Both the position numbers and the translations under genes were made by a program. A stretch of 64,000 bases of DNA from Candidatus Bathyarchaeota archaeon (GTDB lineage Archaea; Thermoproteota; Bathyarchaeia; Bathyarchaeales; Bathycorpusculaceae). The number at the start of each line of letters is the position of its first letter. The stretch's first letter is position 1. The stretch is taken from contig CAVZJV010000014.1 of NCBI GenBank assembly GCA_963775685.1, positions 1,952,001-2,016,000 of the forward strand, read 5' to 3'. Below the pieces are notes generated by a model that worked only from the letters and a program-made list of their open reading frames with translations, was not told the DNA's origin and ran no database searches. Shown piece after piece: positions 42,420-51,132 of this stretch.

Positions 42420-43244
42420 GTGAACAAAATGCTCACAAGCAAACAAACACATGGAACACTCGTCTTACTCTCACTTGTCTTGTTTATTGCCACAGTTGCC
42501 TTAAACGGTTCCCAACAAGTCAGCGCTCAAAATGAACCTACAGTAACCATAACAGGAGCCACAGGAACCACACAAACATACACATTAACCCAGTTGGAGG
42601 CAATGCCAAGCATCAGCATGTATGGCGGAATCTACCAGACCAACCAGCAAATAAGCAATCGAGGTCTTTGGACAGGAGTATCTGTCCTGTACCTTTGCAA
42701 CCAAGTCGGCGGCATCAACGCCTACAACAACATAACAGTTACTGGGCAAGGAAACAACAGCTTCACATATGACATGGTAAACGACGGCATACATTTCAAC
42801 GACCAATACAAAACCTACAGCAACACTACAGGAGCCGAAACAAACCAAACCCAGCCTATAACATTCATCTTGGCTTACCAAGTCAACGGCACCGCCCTAC
42901 CAAGCAGCTCGCAGCCAGCGCCTAGACTGGTCATTGTTGGTCCAGAAGGATTACTTATGGATGGTTCAGGCGGAAGAAGCATAACACAAGTTAGCATAGT
43001 CGACACTGCCCCTTCGCCCACTCCGACTCCAACCCCGAGCCCAACACCAACGCTATCTCCCTCACCAACTCCGTCGCCAACACATTCCCCCACAGCTTCA
43101 CCCGCCCTCACGAATACTCCATCGCCAACTTCTACAAGCACTGGGTCAGCCGACTTGACGTTAACCTACACGTTAATTGTCGCGGTTATAGTCATCTTAA
43201 TCGTGGTTGCAGCATTCGTAATCTTTCTTAGAAAAAGAAAGTAA
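42420..43244 (+). CDS. Surface protein with molybdopterin-oxidoreductase-like domain, Pro/Thr linker and TM anchor
   Basis: YTLTQLEAMP, WTGVSV..L, ILAYQVNG, PRLVI; PT/SP repeats; hydrophobic tail ending RKRK. Confidence 0.75.
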   Translation: MNKMLTSKQTHGTLVLLSLVLFIATVALNGSQQVSAQNEPTVTITGATGTTQTYTLTQLEAMPSISMYGGIYQTNQQISNRGLWTGVSVLYLCNQVGGINAYNNITVTGQGNNSFTYDMVNDGIHFNDQYKTYSNTTGAETNQTQPITFILAYQVNGTALPSSSQPAPRLVIVGPEGLLMDGSGGRSITQVSIVDTAPSPTPTPTPSPTPTLSPSPTPSPTHSPTASPALTNTPSPTSTSTGSADLTLTYTLIVAVIVILIVVAAFVIFLRKRK

Positions 43245-43270
43245 ATTTTTTTCGCCAATCTTTTTTTCTT

Positions 43271-43852
43271 TTAAGAGATATTATTTGTCAAGTTTTTAGG
43301 TTCATTGTCTTTGCGTTGGGGAAACTGGACATGCCGAATTCTATTCAAAACAATGCCTGAAATTGCTCCGCCAGCGCCTCCGAAAATTAAGTGAGATGCT
43401 CCAGCAATGCCTATGCCAACTAATATGATGTTAGCGTTTGAAATTATAGCGCTGGTTATGGAATAGTTTACTACCATTTTGACGAAGCTGCCAAACGCAC
43501 CTAAAATAAAGCCTACAAAGATGTTGGTCAAGTGACCTTTAAATGCCAACGCCAAAATATCCATGGATAAGCCCATTGCAATATACTCGAAGACTTTGAG
43601 GGGTCCAGTATCAGCCATTCCGACAAAACCGATCAGTAGTCCAGCGAGCACGCCGATGTAGGTGCCTGTACCAAATTTTTTTGTCAATCCGATTCCTATG
43701 ATGAAGGGAATTACCCAGAAAATTGCTGTGTGCCCAGGCAGTTGTATGGGGGTTCTAAAGTAAGTTTTGAAAACGTAAACAAGCGCAGCCATAAGTGACA
43801 GAAAGGATACCTCGTAGACCAGAAAATACTTTTTTCGCTTTAAAGTTCGCAT
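43271..43852 (-). CDS. Integral membrane protein, ECF S-component-like
   Basis: About 5-6 TM helices, P.QLPGHT.IFW loop, S-component size. Confidence 0.6.
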   Translation of the reverse strand: MRTLKRKKYFLVYEVSFLSLMAALVYVFKTYFRTPIQLPGHTAIFWVIPFIIGIGLTKKFGTGTYIGVLAGLLIGFVGMADTGPLKVFEYIAMGLSMDILALAFKGHLTNIFVGFILGAFGSFVKMVVNYSITSAIISNANIILVGIGIAGASHLIFGGAGGAISGIVLNRIRHVQFPQRKDNEPKNLTNNIS

Positions 43853-44626
43853 TTAGTCTGTCACGCTCGACTTGAGGTTTAATTGGAAATCATCAGCAAT
43901 GGTGCCGTTCACGGCAACTAGCAAAACAAAATCATCCTGCACACGGTCACCTGAATAATTCACAAAGAACGTGCCTGTTAAGTTGCCCGTGTTGGTGACT
44001 TGACCAGTGGGCACTTTGGGGTCGACGGTAATGTGTAAGCTATTGAGGCCGCCGCCTGCCTTCTCAAATTTCATAAAATACGTGTTATTTCCGAAGTCGT
44101 TGAAGGATGCACCAGCCTTGTTTGCGACTTTAACATAAACTTGATCATAGTCCTCGATAACCTGTGTTTCCGCCAAGTTGTTTGTTGTTGGAAGGTTGGC
44201 GGTAACGTAGTAGCCGCTTGCGCCGTCACCTTCCACGCGATTGGTCCAAGAAATCCCATTGTTTGAATGAATGTAGCCATACACATGGAATGCTGCAACG
44301 CCATGCAACCCAGAGAACGAGTAATCCACCTGGACCCGGGGAAAGGTGGAATTTAAATTCGAAGTAGCATTCAAATCGACAAACATAACGTAGAACTCAT
44401 CGCCATTCAAGTTGCCGCCTGGAACTATTGGCATCTTGGAAGCGTAAGGCTCCCAGCCTTGAGGGCCATAAGTCAGGTCTTGTGCCGTGAAAAGTTCATT
44501 CAGATGGTAGTCGCCATGAGTTGAACTTGCTTCCATATTCAGGTATACATATTGAACGGCGAAGAGAACACCTATCAGCAGAACAAAAACCGCAAGAGAT
44601 GCCGCCAACTTGTACTTGAATTGCAC
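43853..44626 (-). CDS. Secreted/membrane-anchored beta-rich protein of unknown function
   Basis: N-terminal TM/signal; YGPQGW, GISWTN, GGGLNSLHIT motifs. Confidence 0.75.
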   Translation of the reverse strand: MQFKYKLAASLAVFVLLIGVLFAVQYVYLNMEASSTHGDYHLNELFTAQDLTYGPQGWEPYASKMPIVPGGNLNGDEFYVMFVDLNATSNLNSTFPRVQVDYSFSGLHGVAAFHVYGYIHSNNGISWTNRVEGDGASGYYVTANLPTTNNLAETQVIEDYDQVYVKVANKAGASFNDFGNNTYFMKFEKAGGGLNSLHITVDPKVPTGQVTNTGNLTGTFFVNYSGDRVQDDFVLLVAVNGTIADDFQLNLKSSVTD

Positions 44627-44627
44627 G

Positions 44628-45320
44628 CTAAGCCCTCTTCAACGCCACCATACCATCGTCGCCTTTCTCCACAAACAACACAGCTCTTCCATGGATAAAA
44701 GAGGGCGTAGCGTTTTTTGGAATCCTCACTTTTCCATTGTTTACTACTTCGCCTTGCAAGGTTAGAATTTGGTCGATGCCCGCACTAATAATATCCGCAA
44801 CATCTCGAAGCCCAGCTAGTTCCCTGTTTCTGTCCTTCAAAAGAAACCTGCCATCATTTCCTAACGACGCCAATGTGATGCCTGCGACGGCACCGATTAT
44901 TCCGCCATTTGTTCCGCCCAAACCCTCAACACGAATCCCGCAGCTTTTTGCAACGTTTAGGGCTCTTTGCTGCGTAACAATCATGGTTTTGGCGTCTTGA
45001 CCGAAAGCTACTGCGGCTGGAGTTATCTGTTGATGTGAGGCTATGGCTAATCCAGGGTCGCTTCCTTCAATATAGTCTTCAAGCATCAATTTTTTTGCGG
45101 AGACAAAAACATCGATTATATCGGATATTGGAGCATCGATGTGTATTACGGCGCAGCTGTTATGGGATGTGAATGGGATGTCTGGGTGAACGAAGAGTTG
45201 GTGTCGCGTTACCCCGAAAATTTTGTGTTTTAAGGCGAGTTCGGCGGCTATGTTTCTGGCAAGTCTGCCTGTGCCTCTGGATTCTATTATGTCTGTGTCG
45301 TCTATTCCAACGTATATCAC
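44628..45320 (-). CDS. Stand-alone TiaS N-terminal-domain-like (GIDDTD) protein
   Basis: IYVGIDDTD..RGTG, RHQL, FTSHNS, SDPGL, GIIGA.A; no OB or Zn-ribbon tRNA-binding domains. Confidence 0.8.
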   Translation of the reverse strand: MIYVGIDDTDIIESRGTGRLARNIAAELALKHKIFGVTRHQLFVHPDIPFTSHNSCAVIHIDAPISDIIDVFVSAKKLMLEDYIEGSDPGLAIASHQQITPAAVAFGQDAKTMIVTQQRALNVAKSCGIRVEGLGGTNGGIIGAVAGITLASLGNDGRFLLKDRNRELAGLRDVADIISAGIDQILTLQGEVVNNGKVRIPKNATPSFIHGRAVLFVEKGDDGMVALKRA

Positions 45321-45452
45321 TGACAGTTTCTCCGAGAAACGTTATGACTTATAAAGCATATCGATTAGCATTATTAAATTTTCCTAAAAACAACTTCTAA
45401 CAAGCGGAGTTAACGCTAACGAAAAAGGTTCGTTTACCTTTTCGGGGGCAAT

Positions 45453-45659
45453 TTATTTTTTGCTAAGGTACCATTTGAGGTATTCTTTTCGGCGGTTCTG
45501 CCTGACTTCTTCCTCGGTTTCTTGGGCTGGTCTGTTCTTGTCATGTAAGTCGTTGAGTTCCTGCCCTGTACAAGATAAGCCGCAGCTTTTACAGACATAG
45601 TGCTTGGTCAAAGAGATATACTGTATTTCTCCGCCACATTCGGGACAATAATTTACCAT
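45453..45659 (-). CDS. Small Zn-ribbon protein
   Basis: CPECGG...CKSCG plus a charged helix. Confidence 0.8.
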   Translation of the reverse strand: MVNYCPECGGEIQYISLTKHYVCKSCGLSCTGQELNDLHDKNRPAQETEEEVRQNRRKEYLKWYLSKK

Positions 45660-45755
45660 TTTAGGTTCTCTTTTTATGTTTTGTAGTAATTCGGTTTTTG
45701 GGAGATATTAGTCTTCGCATGAAGTTCAACAATTTTAGCCCAAAAAGAGAGTGCG

Positions 45756-46811
45756 CTATACGTGTGTGTACATTTTGTCGTTACTGTAATTGCCTGTGCT
45801 CATTTCCTGCTCGATTTCTTTTAGGAGCAGAATGCGCTTAAACGTCGGGGGATGTGTGGCAAATAGGCTGTTCATTTGTACCCATGTGCTTTTGGATTCT
45901 TTCTCCATAGCCAACTGCAACTCACGCTCATCAAGCACGCCGTCGTGGTCAAGATCGTACTCGTCTTTCTTATTCATAATACCGGCCACTTCCTGTTTTG
46001 CTTGACCTGGGTCTTCAATATAGAAAGCTCGGGCGCCTTCCGGTGGCTTGGGTGAAATGGATAATCCATAGGTGATTTTTGCCAGGGCGCTCTCCAGCTC
46101 TCGCGGTTGACCAGTCACATAAGCCGAGTATGCATCAGCGTAGTGCTCCCGAAGTCGGCTTAGCCGCATAACAATTAAGAAGGTGATAATATAGATGGCA
46201 AACGATATAACGCCTATTATGATTAAGGCGGCTCCGGAATTATCTTTGTTATTTCTTCGTCCTGCCGAACTGAAAGCCCCTGCACGCAAAGCAACTTGCG
46301 CAATGATGTAGGCAATCAGCGGCAATGCCGAAAGCACGGTCATAACGATGTAGTCTTTGTGTTTTATGTGGCCCAACTCGTGGGCTATGACACCTTTTAT
46401 CTCGTTTTCATTTAACTGCTGCAGTAATCCTTCATGCACGGCTAAGGTAGCGCTACTCGTGGTTCTTCCAAACGTGAACGCGTTGGGCGTGTTGTTTGGG
46501 ACTGTGGCTAGTCTGGGCATGGGTATGCCGCTTTTGTCCGCTAACTCTTTAACGGTGACCTTCAAGCCAAGGGTTCTCGCCAGGCTTAAGGTAATGTAGA
46601 CGTGTCGTCGCGGCAACAATCGACTGGACCAACCGCATACTGAAACAAAATAAAAAGCGCTGAGCCACCTAAAGCAACAAGCAATCCAGTAAAAACGTCT
46701 AGCTGCAAGAAAGTAAACGATGACGAAAACCAAGAGTCCAAATATGAAGGCAGATAGGAAGATGGATGTTGCCATCGCAAGCTTGAGTTGGGACAGACTA
46801 GCCAAGTACAT
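45756..46811 (-). CDS. htpX: HtpX (M48) zinc metalloprotease; three compensating +1 indels in the 5' part
   Basis: PNAFTFG, HELGHIKH, SRLREHYAD, THPP. Confidence 0.9.
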   Translation of the reverse strand: MYLASLSQLKLAMATSIFLSAFIFGLLVFVIVYFLAARRFYWIACCFRWLSAFYFVSVCGWSSRLLPRRHVYITLSLARTLGLKVTVKELADKSGIPMPRLATVPNNTPNAFTFGRTTSSATLAVHEGLLQQLNENEIKGVIAHELGHIKHKDYIVMTVLSALPLIAYIIAQVALRAGAFSSAGRRNNKDNSGAALIIIGVISFAIYIITFLIVMRLSRLREHYADAYSAYVTGQPRELESALAKITYGLSISPKPPEGARAFYIEDPGQAKQEVAGIMNKKDEYDLDHDGVLDERELQLAMEKESKSTWVQMNSLFATHPPTFKRILLLKEIEQEMSTGNYSNDKMYTHV

Positions 46812-46911
46812 TGCCTCATGTTGTTTTTCACAATTGCTGTATCTAGAGAATTAAGTCTTTCCCAAAATTACTATAATTTGATGAAAAAAATTTCAAAAAA
46901 TAAAAGAAAGT

Positions 46912-47910
46912 TTAGATTGGGTAAGCTCCGCAGGTCTTGCAGAACTGAATTTTGGTTTTGATGTAGCTGTGGCACTTGGGGCACTGTATGGCGCCTTCAA
47001 CTTTGGGGAAGATGTCTTTGGGTTTGCCGAATTTTTCGCGGAAGACCTCGTAGTAAAGCAACTGTTCTTTGTCTTGGATTTCTACGTCGTCTGCTGCTTT
47101 AATGGCGGCTTTTTTCTCGTTAAACTCTTTGTCAGTTATCATGTCGTTGAAGTATGTGCGCAGTGTTTCTGTTCCGGTGCCTGCTTCCAAAGGTGCTTTG
47201 GGTCTCCAAATGATATCTTTAGGAATGACGTCTTCGTAGGCTTTACGCAAAATCCACTTGCCGTATTTTATGCCATTTTGCATGTTAATCTTATATTTGA
47301 TGGGTAGCTTCATTGCCCAATCCATGAACTCTGGATCTCGGTAGGGTGCTTTGATTTGCATTCCAAGAGATTCCGCCATCGGGAAAGAAGAGAAGCCCAT
47401 TTCCGCCCACATTTCTTGTTGCTTCACTGCAAACTGTTCTTCTGAGAGGTGGAATTGCCAAGGGTAACCAAAAAGCTCATCTAATGCATCGCCGGTGAAA
47501 ACAGTTTTAATGCCTTTAGGTTTTAGCAGAGTTAAGCCGATATAGACAGGAAGGCTATTTCTGATTTCCATGGGGTCATATTTTTTGAGTGCTTCCACAA
47601 CTTTGGGGTAAAACTTCATTACATCTTCTTTACCGAACTGGTAAGTTTCATGTTTTAAGTGCAATAGTTCAACCATTTTTTTAACGTATTCTGTGTCTTT
47701 GGGTTGTCCATGTTTGAAGGCTAAGGTCAGGCATGGAATGTCAGGTTTGTATTTGACCGCTTCGTAGGCGATTATTTGAGTGTCAGTTCCAGCGGAGAAG
47801 AGGAAGCCATCAGCCATATTTTTTTGTACGACTTTGTTTACTAATGTTTTGACTTCGGGTAGTAGTTTGCTGACTTCTGAATCGTTAACTGTCATTTCTA
47901 TCCCTCGCAT
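46912..47910 (-). CDS. Asparagine-synthetase C-domain-only ATP-dependent ligase with C-terminal Zn ribbon
   Basis: LFSAGTDT PP-loop, TGDALDELFG, KWILRKA, WRPKAP..GTG, CPKC..CKTCG. Confidence 0.85.
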   Translation of the reverse strand: MRGIEMTVNDSEVSKLLPEVKTLVNKVVQKNMADGFLFSAGTDTQIIAYEAVKYKPDIPCLTLAFKHGQPKDTEYVKKMVELLHLKHETYQFGKEDVMKFYPKVVEALKKYDPMEIRNSLPVYIGLTLLKPKGIKTVFTGDALDELFGYPWQFHLSEEQFAVKQQEMWAEMGFSSFPMAESLGMQIKAPYRDPEFMDWAMKLPIKYKINMQNGIKYGKWILRKAYEDVIPKDIIWRPKAPLEAGTGTETLRTYFNDMITDKEFNEKKAAIKAADDVEIQDKEQLLYYEVFREKFGKPKDIFPKVEGAIQCPKCHSYIKTKIQFCKTCGAYPI

Positions 47911-48111
47911 TACAGTGTTTGTCTTTCACCAGGTATTTAAGTTTATCCGTATGCCTATAAAAGCTGGTAATTAGTAAACATATGTGCTGAAACAAATCAT
48001 AACACTGAACAATCGATCATTAATGACATTAATCCATTTATCAACGCGTCAAGGAACTACGTTTAAATGCACAAGAACAAACCCCATAAGCCATAAAACG
48101 AGGTAACCACC

Positions 48112-48864
48112 TTGAAAGTCAGCGTACTACACATGAAAATACGCACAACATTGGACAGCAACCTGACAGCCGCAAAAGCTGCCATCCTAAGAGCCTCAAA
48201 ACAAAAACCAGCTCTAATCGCCCTACCTGAATACTTCACCGTTCCCAACTGCATGGCTGACTTCACCGACGCCTCAAAAATCAGCAAAGAAACCGCTGCC
48301 AAAACTATGACTTTTCTCCAAGTAATCTCCCAAAGTATCGGCGACATATACCTTCTCGGCGGCACGGTGATTCAAGAAGACCGTGGCAAATACTACAATA
48401 CCAGTACGCTATGGAGAAATGGCAAACTTTTGGCGAAATACAAAAAAATTAACCCCATTAAAGCGGAAATAGACGCAGGGGTTGCTAGGGGAACCCAACC
48501 GCTTGTGTTGAATACAGAATTGGGCAAGCTTGCGATGATTGTGTGCGCTGACACTTTTGACCCCCCACTCGTTAAAAAAGTCGCAGAACTTGGTGCCGAA
48601 ATCGTTTCTTTGCCAGTAGCTGCCATGGGAACCCACCCAACCGTTAAAGGTCACCCACTGACTGAGGGCATAGCAAGAGATTATGGCGTGTTCATACTCA
48701 AAGTTGGAAACGTTTGCTCGAACATGCGTGGCGGCAGAAGCGCTATCATAGCGCCTTGGGGGATCCTTGGTGAAGTGACGGATTCACCAGAAGACTCTGT
48801 CTTATCAGCAGATTTGGATATGGCGCGGTTAAGAGAATATCGAAAAAAGCTCAGTAAATCTTAG
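48112..48864 (+). CDS. Carbon-nitrogen hydrolase (nitrilase superfamily)
   Basis: Glu-Lys-Cys triad: LPEY, YKK, IVCAD; G.S.II.PWG. Confidence 0.92.
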   Translation: MKVSVLHMKIRTTLDSNLTAAKAAILRASKQKPALIALPEYFTVPNCMADFTDASKISKETAAKTMTFLQVISQSIGDIYLLGGTVIQEDRGKYYNTSTLWRNGKLLAKYKKINPIKAEIDAGVARGTQPLVLNTELGKLAMIVCADTFDPPLVKKVAELGAEIVSLPVAAMGTHPTVKGHPLTEGIARDYGVFILKVGNVCSNMRGGRSAIIAPWGILGEVTDSPEDSVLSADLDMARLREYRKKLSKS

Positions 48865-49735
48865 TCCAACAATCAATAATGCGCTGCATTTTGGTAAATT
48901 CGTACTTGTCAATCCACTCTTGGAAGTCACTGTTATGTACAGCAAACCGCGCAATTTGTCTGGCGTTCTCGGAGTCATGCACTAACAGTAACACAGCGTC
49001 CAAGTTATGGCGGGAAACATATGCCACGGTCTTTAATAGTGCGTCAAGTTTTTCGTCGGTGGGCATTTCACCGCTAAGTTCTACCACAACAGGTTTTTTT
49101 AAGGTTGCAACAAAGTCACGAACGATCGTATCAACCCAATAATTAGTGAAATAATCCCTAGACGAGAGGGGCACATGAAAATAATCAACTAATTCTGCAA
49201 TTGCATTAAAATCTAAGCCGAATCGTTCTTTAGCCAAGACAGGGTCAGGGTACATTTCCACCGCAAATGTTCCTTTACAGTGGGTTTTTGCTTCTTTGAG
49301 GAAAGCTGTAACGGTTTGGGCGCGCCATTCTGTCCAGTTTAACCCACTCTTTTGTCGTTGCTTGGTGCATCTTGAACATGTGCAGTATTCTTGGTCGGCG
49401 AAATGGTATAGGTTAAGTGTGACGCCGATGATGTCTTGCCTTGATAAGCTGTCAAGGTAATCAAAGACTTTTTGGCGATACCCAGAGTGAGTTGGACAAA
49501 CAAAATCAAAAGCCAAGTTCGATTTTCTATTCCGCCGAAGAGCTGGACCGCCATCGGAGACGGAAACGATGCCTGGGTCTTCACGGATAGCTTTTGCATC
49601 ACAAAAGACGGTAACGTCGTTTTGCATGCCTATTGCCGCTGGAAAAGCTTGGCCGTCAGCCCATTTGGAGTAGTAAACGTGGAGGTCATAGCCTTCGACA
49701 TGTTCGGGTTTATACGTGACTAAGCCTATTTTCAT
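48851..49735 (-). CDS. Cys-motif TIM-barrel-like protein (GHL10-like), paralogue A
   Basis: VCPT, HFADQEYCTCSRC, WTEWRA, PDP.L..ERFG.DF. Confidence 0.8.
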   Translation of the reverse strand: MKIGLVTYKPEHVEGYDLHVYYSKWADGQAFPAAIGMQNDVTVFCDAKAIREDPGIVSVSDGGPALRRNRKSNLAFDFVCPTHSGYRQKVFDYLDSLSRQDIIGVTLNLYHFADQEYCTCSRCTKQRQKSGLNWTEWRAQTVTAFLKEAKTHCKGTFAVEMYPDPVLAKERFGLDFNAIAELVDYFHVPLSSRDYFTNYWVDTIVRDFVATLKKPVVVELSGEMPTDEKLDALLKTVAYVSRHNLDAVLLLVHDSENARQIARFAVHNSDFQEWIDKYEFTKMQRIIDCWTKIY

Positions 49736-49793
49736 GCCCTTTACCTTGCTCGCAACAGATATATTGCTGGCGTTTATTAAATTGTTGATTCAA

Positions 49794-50012
49794 ATGGACA
49801 AAAATAAATCCCCCATAACAATCGACCCTGCAAAGTGTGGTCCATGCACAGGACAGATCTGCATCGGTGTTTGTCCACAGGGCGCCCTAGAAGAAGGCAA
49901 AAACCGCAAACCCCAAATCATCACACTTGTCCATTGCACAAAGTGCGGCATCTGTGTGAACCTTTGCCCAACCAAAGCCATCACTATAGATGCAGGCAAC
50001 CCCAAAAAATAG
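49794..50012 (+). CDS. 2x[4Fe-4S] ferredoxin
   Basis: CGPCTGQICIGVCP and CTKCGICVNLCP; start reassigned to the ATG at 49794. Confidence 0.92.
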   Translation: MDKNKSPITIDPAKCGPCTGQICIGVCPQGALEEGKNRKPQIITLVHCTKCGICVNLCPTKAITIDAGNPKK

Positions 50013-50030
50013 GCTGGGGAACTGTCAGGT

Positions 50031-51065
50031 TTGGAAGAAATCGGCCTTGCAGACAACGTTAAACTGATTGTTAAAGACAATGTACTAGCCATTTTTTGTG
50101 ATAGTGCTTTAAAGACAGTTAGTTCAGCAATCTATAATGGCGGGTGCAATCAGGTTAAAGCTGTCCTCAATGTAGGCGTGCCAGAAGGATACAGTGACCT
50201 CTCCTTGCACCTTGACCCGCTCGAACTAATCACTTCATCGGCGGCAAAAGTTGGGTTAACCAACGATTACCTTGCCATGGTTACTGCCGCCAAAATCCAA
50301 AACTACAGCATAGTCACAAAGCAAACCGAAGGTTTTTCAGTTAGCGTCGCAGCAACAGCAGGCTGCCAACACGGCGAATCATCCGGCGAAGAGATGGATG
50401 TTGAAGAAATCGTTGGAACCATAAACATCATTGTCCTAATCGACGGAAACCCGTCGGAATCCTGCATGGTTGCAACATTAATCACTGCAACTGAAGCCAA
50501 ATCAGCGGCGCTAAGGGATTTTGATGTACGTAGTCGATACACGGGTGACTCGGCAACTGGTTCAGTAACTGATAGCGTTACAATAGCCTCAACTTGTAAA
50601 GGTAAATTGTTAATTTTGGGTGGTCCTCCTTCCAGGCTTGGCAAGGTGGTTGGGTATTGTGTTAGGACGGCTGTTTCCGAGGCATTGCTTAAGCAGGAGC
50701 CATTTTGGGGTAACCGGTCGGTTTTAGATAGGCTAAAAGAGCGACATTTGCCGCCTGAGAAATTGGTTGCTGAAGTTTCTAAAGTTCAGGGCTTAGCTCT
50801 TAACACTGACAGACTTGGGGAGATTCTGAAAAAAGACCCGTTTGCAAGTGCTAATTTGCTAGCTGCAGCAAAGATGGATGACGATTACAAAAAAAACCTA
50901 TTGCCAACCGATTTTAAGGATTGGAAAGAAATTAGCAAGTGTTTCGCTTCATCCGACACAAAATTTGATGCCTCAAAATCACCAAACTACGATTCAGTTG
51001 ATTTGTCGCCATTCCTAAAAAATGCGTTGATCAATATTCTCAAAAAAATCCAATCTAACTGTTAA
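50031..51065 (+). CDS. cbiZ: Adenosylcobinamide amidohydrolase CbiZ with C-terminal helical extension
   Basis: SSAIYNGG, MVTAA, ATAG, GTINII, TATEAK, ATGSVTDS. Confidence 0.88.
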   Translation: MEEIGLADNVKLIVKDNVLAIFCDSALKTVSSAIYNGGCNQVKAVLNVGVPEGYSDLSLHLDPLELITSSAAKVGLTNDYLAMVTAAKIQNYSIVTKQTEGFSVSVAATAGCQHGESSGEEMDVEEIVGTINIIVLIDGNPSESCMVATLITATEAKSAALRDFDVRSRYTGDSATGSVTDSVTIASTCKGKLLILGGPPSRLGKVVGYCVRTAVSEALLKQEPFWGNRSVLDRLKERHLPPEKLVAEVSKVQGLALNTDRLGEILKKDPFASANLLAAAKMDDDYKKNLLPTDFKDWKEISKCFASSDTKFDASKSPNYDSVDLSPFLKNALINILKKIQSNC

Positions 51066-51132
51066 CTGAAAAAGACTTAAATAACCTGCACTTTTATTCC
51101 GTTGTAAAAACAAGGCAAAATGGTGTATTAAC

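Noticed and set aside
43005-43140. Repetitive DNA as a possible CRISPR or tandem repeat
   Set aside because: It encodes a Pro/Thr/Ser linker; there are no identical repeats with spacers
48017-48033. TCATTAATGA palindrome in the ligase/nitrilase divergent promoter
   Set aside because: Only 10 bp and AT-rich, so plausible by chance; not supportable without conservation data
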